A DNA stretch of 24,000 nucleotides from contig DASVPW010000055.1 of the NCBI GenBank assembly GCA_036389455.1, positions 1-24,000 on the forward strand. The letters run 5' to 3'. The DNA is from Beijerinckiaceae bacterium. GTDB lineage: Bacteria; Pseudomonadota; Alphaproteobacteria; Rhizobiales; Beijerinckiaceae. The notes beneath the pieces are model-generated. The model did no database searches. It had not been told where the DNA came from and saw nothing but the letters and a program-made list of their open reading frames with translations. Each line of letters begins with the position of its first letter. Positions within the stretch are counted from its first letter, which is position 1. The position numbers were made by a program, and so were the translations under genes. This document shows positions 7,876-14,228 of this stretch, one piece after another.

Positions 7876-8298
7876 CTACGGCTTGGGCGAGCGCGCGAGC
7901 ACCTCGCGCACCTTCGAGCGCAGGGCGCGGCGCGTGAACGGCTTGAGCAGGTAGCCGTCGACGTGCGCCTGCCGGGCGGCGACCACCGGCTCGATCTTGG
8001 TCGAGGCGCCGACCAGGACGAAGCAGGTATCCATGAAGTCGTCCGAGCGCACCCGGCGCAGGAGCTGGAGGCCGTCGATCGGCTCCATCTCGAGCGCCGC
8101 GATCACGAGCCCGTACTTCTTCTCGTTCAGCATCGCGAGGGCGGCAAGCCCGTCCGGCGCCCGGTCGATGTCCGAGAACCACATGTCTTCGAGGGTCTCC
8201 CGCATCCGGTCGGCCTGGTCCCCCTGGGGCTCCACGATGAGGATCGGCATGGCCAGGCTGAGCCGGTTCCGCAGCGCGAGGTCACGATGCTCTGGCAT
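7876..8298 (-). CDS. Single-domain receiver (CheY-like) protein lacking the phospho-acceptor Asp (aspartate-less / pseudo-receiver)
   Basis: 140-aa ORF (alternative start MPILIVEP at 8250). Aligned by eye to CheY: LVVDD -> LIVEP (D12/D13 -> E/P), FVISDWNMP -> LVIAALEME (D57 -> A), LMVTA -> VLVGA (T87 -> G), while YVVKPF -> YLLKPF keeps K109. With the long start it overlaps the luxI stop by 17 nt. Confidence 0.7.
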   Translation of the reverse strand: MPEHRDLALRNRLSLAMPILIVEPQGDQADRMRETLEDMWFSDIDRAPDGLAALAMLNEKKYGLVIAALEMEPIDGLQLLRRVRSDDFMDTCFVLVGASTKIEPVVAARQAHVDGYLLKPFTRRALRSKVREVLARSPKP

Positions 8299-8926
8299 AG
8301 GACACCCGATCGACCACCGGCGCGATGCGGCCGCGGCGGACGAGGACCGACGACGGCAGGCGCGCCTTCCTGCGCACCGCCGCGAGGCTCTCCTCGGAGA
8401 CGTCGATCGCGACCGCGACGCTCGCCTGGCCCTCCACCATCGCGGGCAGGCCGAGGGGCCGGGCCCTGAACCCGGCCTGCTGCCAGCGCGGCAGCCACCA
8501 CATCTCGACCACGGCCGTGACCTGGGCGATGCCTTCCTCGAGGCAGAACTGCTGCAGGGCCGCGAGCAGCATGCAGTCGGTGCGCCCGATGCGCCGCTCC
8601 TTGACGACGAAGTAGCGCGTCCATTCGAAGACGTCCGGCGCGCTCGGCACGCCGCGCGTCGCGAGGTACGGGAACACCTCGCTGATCATGTGGGGCAGGA
8701 CGGTCGGGTAGAGCCGCTGGCCGCCGACGACCCGCTCGCCGTCGATCGCCAGGAGATAGATCGCGTCGCGGCCGTCGAAAGCGTCGACATCGCGCCCGTC
8801 CGGGCGCTCAAGCGCCGCCCAGCCGCGCTCGCCGACGAAGACCTCGTGTCGCAGGCGGTGGTGCCGCTCGATCTCGGCCCGGTAGGAATTGCGGTTGTCG
8901 CAGGTGATGACGTGAACGGCGGTCAT
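8282..8926 (-). CDS. luxI: Acyl-homoserine-lactone synthase (LuxI family)
   Basis: 214 aa. LuxI-family signature spacing: RLRHEVFVGERGW...DGRDVDAFD...YLLA...GGQRLYPT...MI...FEWTRYFV. Confidence 0.85.
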   Translation of the reverse strand: MTAVHVITCDNRNSYRAEIERHHRLRHEVFVGERGWAALERPDGRDVDAFDGRDAIYLLAIDGERVVGGQRLYPTVLPHMISEVFPYLATRGVPSAPDVFEWTRYFVVKERRIGRTDCMLLAALQQFCLEEGIAQVTAVVEMWWLPRWQQAGFRARPLGLPAMVEGQASVAVAIDVSEESLAAVRRKARLPSSVLVRRGRIAPVVDRVSYARAS

Positions 8927-9000
8927 GGGAAAAACCTTGGTCCGGCAATCGATCGCAATGGATCGCGAGGAAATGCCTGACCGGTTTTCGCCGGCGCCGC

Positions 9001-9020
9001 TATTGTCAGAACTTACAGGG
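9001..9020 (-). promoter_or_regulatory. lux-box-like imperfect inverted repeat upstream of luxI
   Basis: Minus-strand CCCTGTAAGTTCTGACAATA has the CTGT-N8-ACAG architecture of the lux box, with ACAA in the right half. By my count 12 of 20 positions match the V. fischeri lux box ACCTGTAGGATCGTACAGGT. Centre is about 84 nt upstream of the luxI ATG. Confidence 0.3.
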
Positions 9021-9028
9021 GCGTTGCG

Positions 9029-9763
9029 TCAGACGCCGATCAGCCGGTGCTTGATCGCCTTGGCGACCGCGTGGGTCTTGGTCACGGCGCCGAGCTTCGC
9101 GCCGGCGTTGGTCACGTGAGCCACCACGGTGCGCTCGGTGATGCCGAGGATCTGGGCGGTGTCCTTGGCGCATTTCCCGGCCGCCGCCCAGGTCAGCACC
9201 TCCTGCTCCCGGGGCGTGAGCGGGTTTTGGCGTAGGCTCTCGGGTTGGACGAGCTGACGGACCCGCTCGAAGGCGTAGAGCGCCATGAGGTGGATGGCGG
9301 GCTTCGTGCGATGGTCGAGGTCGATGTCCACCCCGCTCATGGACAGGCACGCCTCGTAGCCGCTGAGGCCGTGGACGGGCAGGCAGAAGCCGCGCGCCAT
9401 GCGGAAATCGGCGGCCCGGCGCATCACCTCGCGGGCCCGCGGCTCGCGCTCGGGGTCGTAAGGCGCCTCCGCCCACTCGAAGGGGTGGACGGTGCGCCCG
9501 CACAGGCGGATCACCGGGTCGACCCGGACGTAGTCCTCGCCGGCGTAGATCTCGAACCATCCGGCCGGCCACTTGCGCGCCACGACGAGCTCCTCGAAGC
9601 GCTCCTTCGGATTGGGCAGGCCCGTGATGATGAAGTTCTCGAAGCCGAAGATGGCGAGCGATTTCTCCATCGCGGCCATGACGCCGTCGGAATCGTTGAT
9701 CGCATCGAGCCCCTCGATGAACGAAAAGGCCTCGTCTGCATGGTTGAAGGTCCGGTCCCGCAT
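9029..9763 (-). CDS. luxR: LuxR-family transcriptional regulator (autoinducer-binding domain + C-terminal HTH)
   Basis: Track ORF 9029..9784 uses a TTG. I prefer the ATG at 9763 (MRDRTF...), preceded by GAGGGAAGGGG. C-terminus LTPREQEVLTWAAAGKCAKDTAQILGITERTVVAHVTNAGAKLGAVTKTHAVAKAI is a LuxR/GerE HTH. The N-terminal ~170 aa has the autoinducer-binding domain pattern (W..Y..D..DP...). Confidence 0.85.
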   Translation of the reverse strand: MRDRTFNHADEAFSFIEGLDAINDSDGVMAAMEKSLAIFGFENFIITGLPNPKERFEELVVARKWPAGWFEIYAGEDYVRVDPVIRLCGRTVHPFEWAEAPYDPEREPRAREVMRRAADFRMARGFCLPVHGLSGYEACLSMSGVDIDLDHRTKPAIHLMALYAFERVRQLVQPESLRQNPLTPREQEVLTWAAAGKCAKDTAQILGITERTVVAHVTNAGAKLGAVTKTHAVAKAIKHRLIGV

Positions 9764-10050
9764 GACCCCTTCCCTCAAAGACAAAGGTTATGAAACCGCA
9801 ATTCCGATACTCTAAGGAGAATCTATGTTCCAGGCATAGCCTCCAAAGCTAAAAAACCGGTGTATGACATCGAAATTCAAGTCAAGACCATGCCTCCGGC
9901 CAAGCTTGTAAGATGCGCGGACGAGCGCGGCTGGGTTCGGCCTTCTATTCTCGAATCGGCCTGAGCCTTGGTCTTGCATGAGCAATTCCGCATCAATGCC
10001 GATGTCGCCGACATTCAACTCATCCGGAAGGGTGACCCGTCCTGGCGCAC

Positions 10051-10075
10051 GGAACCCCTAAGCTTGTGGTGCGTT
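10051..10075 (+). promoter_or_regulatory. Sigma-EcfG type promoter, GGAAC-N16-CGTT
   Basis: GGAAC 10051-10055, 16-nt spacer, CGTT 10072-10075. Lies 78 nt upstream of the rlpA-like ATG at 10153. It overlaps the track's 10066 start, which argues against that start. Confidence 0.6.
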
Positions 10076-10152
10076 GCGGACTCCGGGGCGCGCCGGGACT
10101 TTGTCCGATGCAAGCCAACGCGCCGACCGTCCGCTCGAAGCCGCACCCTGCG

Positions 10153-10749
10153 ATGTCACGGTGCGCACTGCTTCTGGCCTTCCTCCTCGGCGCCGTCTCG
10201 GCAGGCTTCGGGACCGGGGCACGCGCGCAGGAGACCCCGGCGCCGTCCGAGACGGCCGCCCGGGCTTTCCCCAACCTCTTTCCTCCGGCGAACGGCGGGC
10301 CGCGCGACCTTCGGGCCCTTTTCGACCCGAGCCCCACCGGCCCTCTGCAGGCGCTGTCGCGACCGGCGCCGGCCCCCGCCGCCGAGGACCAACCTGCGCC
10401 GCGGGAGGAAGCTCAGCTCCCGTCCCGCGAGATCGGGCGCGGGCTCGCCGCCTGGTACGACCTGAAGAACCGGACCGCGAGCGGCGAGCGCTTCGACGGC
10501 GGCGCCTTCACGGCCGGCCATCGCACCCTGCCGTTCGGGAGCGAGGTCAAGGTGGTGAACCAGCGCAACGGACGCGCCGTGACGGTGCGCATCACCGACC
10601 GCGGGCCGTTCACCAAGGGCCGCGTGATCGACCTCTCCCGCGCCGCCGCGCGGGCGCTCGACATGACCGGAGTCGACCAAGTCGTCCTCTATGCCGGCCC
10701 CGAGCCGGACGTGACCGCGACGGGCTCGATCGGGCCGACAAGGCCGTGA
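10153..10749 (+). CDS. rlpA: RlpA-like septal-ring lytic transglycosylase family protein (DPBB domain), secreted/lipoprotein-like
   Basis: Start chosen at MSRCALLLAFLLGAVSAGFG (signal peptide); an alternative ATG is at 10108. C-terminal GLAAWYDLKNRTASGERFDGGAFTAGHRTLPFGSEVKVVNQRNGRAVTVRITDRGPFTKGRVIDLSRAAARAL is a typical RlpA double-psi beta-barrel. Confidence 0.8.
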   Translation: MSRCALLLAFLLGAVSAGFGTGARAQETPAPSETAARAFPNLFPPANGGPRDLRALFDPSPTGPLQALSRPAPAPAAEDQPAPREEAQLPSREIGRGLAAWYDLKNRTASGERFDGGAFTAGHRTLPFGSEVKVVNQRNGRAVTVRITDRGPFTKGRVIDLSRAAARALDMTGVDQVVLYAGPEPDVTATGSIGPTRP

Positions 10750-10824
10750 AGCCGCGCGCGCGGTGACGGGGACGCGCCGGGAGGGTACACGCGCCTCGGA
10801 TCCGTCATTTCCCGAGGAGCTGCC

Positions 10825-11571
10825 TTGGCCCCTTACGACTTCTCCGCGCCGCGGCTCTTCCTCGACGCGCCGCTCGCCGCGGGCGCGCATGTTCCCCTCG
10901 ACCGGGCCCAGGCGAACTACCTCCTCAACGTGCTACGCCTGAAGCCCGGCGGGCGCGTGCTCGTGTTCAACGGGCGCAACGGCGAGTGGCGGGCGAGCCT
11001 CGCCGAGGCGGGGAGGAAATCGGCCGCCCTCGTGCTCCAGGAGCAGGCGCGCCCTCAAGTTCCGCCCGGCGACCTCCTGTACCTGTTCGCGCCGCTGAAA
11101 AGCGCCCGGCTCGACTACATGGTCCAGAAGGCGGTCGAGATGGGGGTCTCGGCGCTGCAGCCGGTGTTCACGCGGCGCACGCAGGCGGCCCGCGTCAATC
11201 GGGAGCGCATGCGCGCCAACGCCGTCGAGGCGGCGGAGCAGTGCGGCATCCTGTCGATCCCGGAGATCCTGCCCGAGGCGGACTTCCCGCGCGCCCTCGG
11301 CGCACTGGAGGCGGACCGGCTCCTCGTGTTCTGCGACGAGGAGGCGCCGGTCGCAAACCCCGTCCAGGCGCTTTCGGACCTCCGGGATTCGACGGCCAAG
11401 GCCGCCGTCGCGGTCGGACCCGAAGGCGGGTTCACCGAGGAGGAGAGGGCGCTCGCGCTCCGCCATCCCCGTGTGGTCCGCGTGTCCCTCGGCCCCCGCA
11501 TCCTGCGCGCCGACACGGCCGCGGTCGCGGCCCTCGGCCTCGTCCAGGCGGTTCTCGGCGACTGGCGCTGA
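10825..11571 (+). CDS. rsmE: 16S rRNA (uracil1498-N3)-methyltransferase RsmE
   Basis: 248 aa, TTG start preceded by GAGGAG. Motifs RLF...ANYLLNVLRLKPG, LDYMVQKAVEMGV, AVEAAEQCG, VGPEGGFTEEE and SLGPRILRADTA are typical of RsmE (SPOUT family). Confidence 0.85.
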   Translation: MAPYDFSAPRLFLDAPLAAGAHVPLDRAQANYLLNVLRLKPGGRVLVFNGRNGEWRASLAEAGRKSAALVLQEQARPQVPPGDLLYLFAPLKSARLDYMVQKAVEMGVSALQPVFTRRTQAARVNRERMRANAVEAAEQCGILSIPEILPEADFPRALGALEADRLLVFCDEEAPVANPVQALSDLRDSTAKAAVAVGPEGGFTEEERALALRHPRVVRVSLGPRILRADTAAVAALGLVQAVLGDWR

Positions 11572-11592
11572 CGCGCCGCGGGGTGGGGCGGA

Positions 11593-11730
11593 TCAGCTCG
11601 CGTCGGCGTAGGCGAACGGCGCGTCGGTGACGAGGAGGCTCTTGCGCGGGACGACGAGGGTCAAGCCCAGCATCACGATCGCGGCGGCGACGGCGGCGAT
11701 GGCGACGGCGTTCTGAACTCGGGCCTGCAC
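11593..11730 (-). CDS. Candidate 45-aa single-TM small protein (hypothetical)
   Basis: Below the track length cut-off. GTG start with GAGGAG 7 nt upstream. Product (M)QARVQNAVAIAAVAAAIVMLGLTLVVPRKSLLVTDAPFAYADAS has one hydrophobic helix and GC-rich third positions. Confidence 0.4.
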   Translation of the reverse strand: MQARVQNAVAIAAVAAAIVMLGLTLVVPRKSLLVTDAPFAYADAS

Positions 11731-11864
11731 GACGAAACTCCTCGACCGGACCGCCGAGCCGGCGGGCTTCGTCGAGGATCATGGCACCGGCCGGTTACCG
11801 CCCGATTACCTGCCGGACACGGGCGACGAAACATCGTCCCGACCGGCGCCGGAGAGGCCGGGCG

Positions 11865-11960
11865 TCAGTGCAGCAGCAGGAGCCAGCAGGTTCCGGCGAT
11901 CGGCGAGACGATGCCGATGAGAAACGGAAGCAGGTTCCGCGCCATGTAGTCGCCCGCCAC
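11865..11960 (-). CDS. Candidate 31-aa hydrophobic small protein (hypothetical)
   Basis: GTG at complement 11958-11960 with AAGGAG 7 nt upstream. Product (M)AGDYMARNLLPFLIGIVSPIAGTCWLLLLH. An internal ATG at 11945 would give 26 aa. Confidence 0.35.
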   Translation of the reverse strand: MAGDYMARNLLPFLIGIVSPIAGTCWLLLLH

Positions 11961-12085
11961 GTCGGTGCTCCTTCTCGCAGGGCCGGCCGAGCATGGGCGC
12001 GCAAACGTTTCGGTAGGCTTTCCGAATCGTTGGGAAGTCCGGTCGAATTCCTCCGAAGGGTTAACCGGCGCTTAAGGCCCGGCTT

Positions 12086-12460
12086 TCAGGCGGCGGCGGC
12101 GCGCTCGGCCTCGATCAGCACGTCGATGGGCCGCCAGGGCTTCTGCATGTAGCGCGTCCCGCGGGGCAGCTCCTCCAGGCGGTCGCCCGGGTTGCCCGAG
12201 GTGACGAGCACCCGAATCCAGGGCCAGTCGCGCTTGACGATGCGGGCGAGCTCGACCCCGTCCATGCGCCGCAGCCGGATGTCGGCGAACAGCAGCGCGA
12301 CTTCCCCGGCGTGGCGCTTCAGGTAGGCGAGCGCCCCCTCGGCCGAGTCCTCCTCCACGACGTCGAGGTCGGTCTCCTCGATCAGGGTCGCCGCCAAGCT
12401 GCGCACGTCGGGATCGTCCTCGACGACGAGGGCGACGCGGGCCGTGTTCTCGGGTCGCAT
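12086..12460 (-). CDS. Single-domain response regulator (canonical receiver)
   Basis: 124 aa. LVVEDD acidic pocket, LLFADIRL..MDG (phospho-acceptor Asp present), VLVTSG (Thr) and YMQKPW (Lys). GGAGGA SD precedes it. Starts 15 nt after the NepR-like ORF stop. Confidence 0.85.
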   Translation of the reverse strand: MRPENTARVALVVEDDPDVRSLAATLIEETDLDVVEEDSAEGALAYLKRHAGEVALLFADIRLRRMDGVELARIVKRDWPWIRVLVTSGNPGDRLEELPRGTRYMQKPWRPIDVLIEAERAAAA

Positions 12461-12475
12461 GGCGGTGTCCTCCGG

Positions 12476-12730
12476 TCAGTGGGGGTCGGTGTGGGGTTCG
12501 AGCCTCTCGATGATGGCGGCCAGATGCTCCGGTATGGGCTCGCGAAGGAGCTCGGTATACACGCTACGCAGCTCGCGGCCGATCTCGGCCAGGAGCTCCA
12601 TGTCGGACAGCGCCCGCCCCGGCCTGCCGCGAGGATCGGGCCGGGCCGCCCGACGGACGATGAAGAGGCCATCGTCCTCGGGAAGGGTCTCGTCTGGCAA
12701 CCCCCCGCGCCCTCCAGCAGGAACCTCCAA
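12476..12730 (-). CDS. nepR: NepR-family anti-sigma factor-like protein (start uncertain)
   Basis: C-terminal LLAEIGRELRSVYTELLREPIPEHLAAIIERLE matches the NepR core pattern IG..LR..Y......P(I/V)P..(F/L)..L...L. The track start is a TTG at 12730. An ATG at 12601 would give a 41-aa protein holding just this core. Confidence 0.6.
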   Translation of the reverse strand: MEVPAGGRGGLPDETLPEDDGLFIVRRAARPDPRGRPGRALSDMELLAEIGRELRSVYTELLREPIPEHLAAIIERLEPHTDPH

Positions 12731-12797
12731 CCGGGCATAACCCGGCTGGGTTTCCGGAGTTGCATCGGCGCCGGGTTTTTTTGCCCCGGGGACCCGC

Positions 12798-13751
12798 TCA
12801 ATGCCGGTGCTCGGGCTCGCCCCGGGCCGCGATCGAGCGCACCGCGTACTCCACCTCGACGGCGCCTGCCTTCTCGAACACCAGGGTGCCCTTCACGGTA
12901 CGGCCCTCGGCCAAGGGCTCCTTCAGGTCCATGAACATGATGTGGTAGCCGCCGGGCCTGAGCTCGACCGTGCTGCCCGGCGCGATCTCGAGACCCTTCT
13001 CCAAGGGGCGCATGCGCATCACGTCGCCGGCCATGGACATCTCGTGGACCTCGAACCGCCCGGCCCGCGGCAGCGTCCCGCCGATGAGGCGGTCGGGCTC
13101 CGCCCCGGTGTTGACGATCCGCATGTAGCCGGCCGCGACCTTGGCGCCGCCCGGCGTCGCCCGCGACCAGGGGGCCTCGATGACGAGGGCGCCGACCTTG
13201 TAGCGCGGGCCGGGATCCGCCGCCGCAGCCTCGGCCGCCGCGACCTTCACGGTCGGGGCGGGTGATTTGAGCTTGTGCGGGTCCTGCCCTTCGGCCGCGA
13301 CCTCGACCCAGCGCTCCGATCCGTTCGTGCATTCCTGGATGACCGGGAACGGCAGCGTCTTGCCTGCGGCGTCGCCCGCGATGCGGGCCCGGAACACGAA
13401 CTCGTCGTAGAAGGCGTCGGGCAGCTCGCCGCCGCCCCAGACGATCTCCTTCACCCCCTCGGCGACCGGCTTGCCGTAGAGGTCGTAGGGCTTGGCGTAG
13501 GCGCCGCGCGTGACCGCGAGAGTCCAGCCGGCCTTCGGCATCGGCTTCACGTCGATCACGCCTTCGGGGATCTGGATGCGCAGTGTCCGGGTCGCCTCGC
13601 CCTTGCAGCCGTGCGGCACCCGCACGACGCCCTTGTAGGTCGAATTCGCCGGCGCTTGCATGGTCTCAAGGGTCGAGTGGGCAAGGGCGGCGGTCGAGGC
13701 GGCGATGAGGGCGGCCGCGCCGAGCGCGCCGCGAACGGTCTTCGAGTGCAT
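12798..13751 (-). CDS. Periplasmic copper-binding fusion protein: N-terminal YcnI (DUF1775) domain + C-terminal PCu(A)C copper chaperone domain
   Basis: 317 aa. Signal peptide ...STAALA|HSTLE leaves an N-terminal His, as in YcnI proteins, followed by YKGVVRVPHGC and EIVWGGG. After an Ala-rich linker, the C-terminal half carries a PCuAC-like Met/His motif: VHEMSMAGDVMRM...GGYHIMFMDL. Confidence 0.75.
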   Translation of the reverse strand: MHSKTVRGALGAAALIAASTAALAHSTLETMQAPANSTYKGVVRVPHGCKGEATRTLRIQIPEGVIDVKPMPKAGWTLAVTRGAYAKPYDLYGKPVAEGVKEIVWGGGELPDAFYDEFVFRARIAGDAAGKTLPFPVIQECTNGSERWVEVAAEGQDPHKLKSPAPTVKVAAAEAAAADPGPRYKVGALVIEAPWSRATPGGAKVAAGYMRIVNTGAEPDRLIGGTLPRAGRFEVHEMSMAGDVMRMRPLEKGLEIAPGSTVELRPGGYHIMFMDLKEPLAEGRTVKGTLVFEKAGAVEVEYAVRSIAARGEPEHRH

Positions 13752-13787
13752 GGGAAAAGTCCTCTTCGGTCGATCGGAACGGTTCGA

Positions 13788-14156
13788 TCAGCCGAGGAGA
13801 GGCGGCGCCCGCGATCCGAGGGGGAGGAACGGAACTGTGGCGACCTTCGAGGCGGCGCGGGCCGGGAGGAGGACGGCGGTCCAGGTCGCCCGCGCCGGGC
13901 GCAGGCCCGGGGGCGGGGCGGCACGGGTAAGCGGTGCGTCGTGGCAGGCGAGGATGCAGCAGTCGCCGGCGTGCGGCCCGGCGGGGTCGTGCGGGACCGG
14001 CGAACCGGCTTCCGCCGGATCGCACATTCCGGCGAGCGCGGACGCGCGGTGAGCCGCGCCGGCGGCGCCGGCGAGGAGCGCCTGGAGGGCGAGCGCATAA
14101 GCCGCGACGACGGCGAGCGCCGCGCGGCGCCAACGGTACGGTCGAGCCGCCTGCAT
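13788..14156 (-). CDS. DUF2946-like small membrane/periplasmic Cys/His protein (copper-cluster associated), start uncertain
   Basis: Start taken at MQAARPYRWRRAALAVVAAYALALQALLAG (TM-like), followed by MCDP and HAGDCCILACH. High GC3 in this frame. Lies directly upstream of the YcnI-PCuAC gene. Family name is from memory of typical DUF2946 context, not a search. Confidence 0.45.
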   Translation of the reverse strand: MQAARPYRWRRAALAVVAAYALALQALLAGAAGAAHRASALAGMCDPAEAGSPVPHDPAGPHAGDCCILACHDAPLTRAAPPPGLRPARATWTAVLLPARAASKVATVPFLPLGSRAPPLLG

Positions 14157-14228
14157 CGGGGAGGTATGAGCCCGCGGAGAGGGTGGGTCAACGCCGGTCG
14201 GCAGCGGACGGCCGTGAAAGCACAACTG

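Noticed and set aside
9825-9839. 4-codon mini-ORF (MFQA) behind a strong AAGGAG SD
   Set aside because: Too short to evaluate and could be coincidental. Mentioned only inside the low-GC island finding.
9812-10018. 68-aa minus-strand ORF in the low-GC island upstream of luxR
   Set aside because: TTG start with no SD, codon usage unlike the neighbouring genes (many A/T-ending codons), and no recognisable motif. More likely non-coding promoter DNA.
12026-12051. EcfG-like motif GGAAT-N17-CGAT (minus strand) upstream of the 31-codon ORF
   Set aside because: Two mismatches in the nine specificity positions; such near-matches are expected by chance.
12729-12755. EcfG-like motif GGAAA-N17-CGGTT (minus strand) upstream of the NepR-like ORF
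   Set aside because: Both the -35 and -10 elements deviate from GGAAC/CGTT, and it would overlap the TTG start at 12730. Not strong enough to call, although nepR genes are usually EcfG-autoregulated.
12771-12789. CCGGG-TTTTTTTGC-CCCGG hairpin with a T7 run between the copper chaperone gene and the NepR-like ORF
   Set aside because: Only a 5-bp stem, with the T-run in the loop rather than 3' of the stem. On the relevant minus strand it reads as an A-run, so it is not a credible intrinsic terminator.
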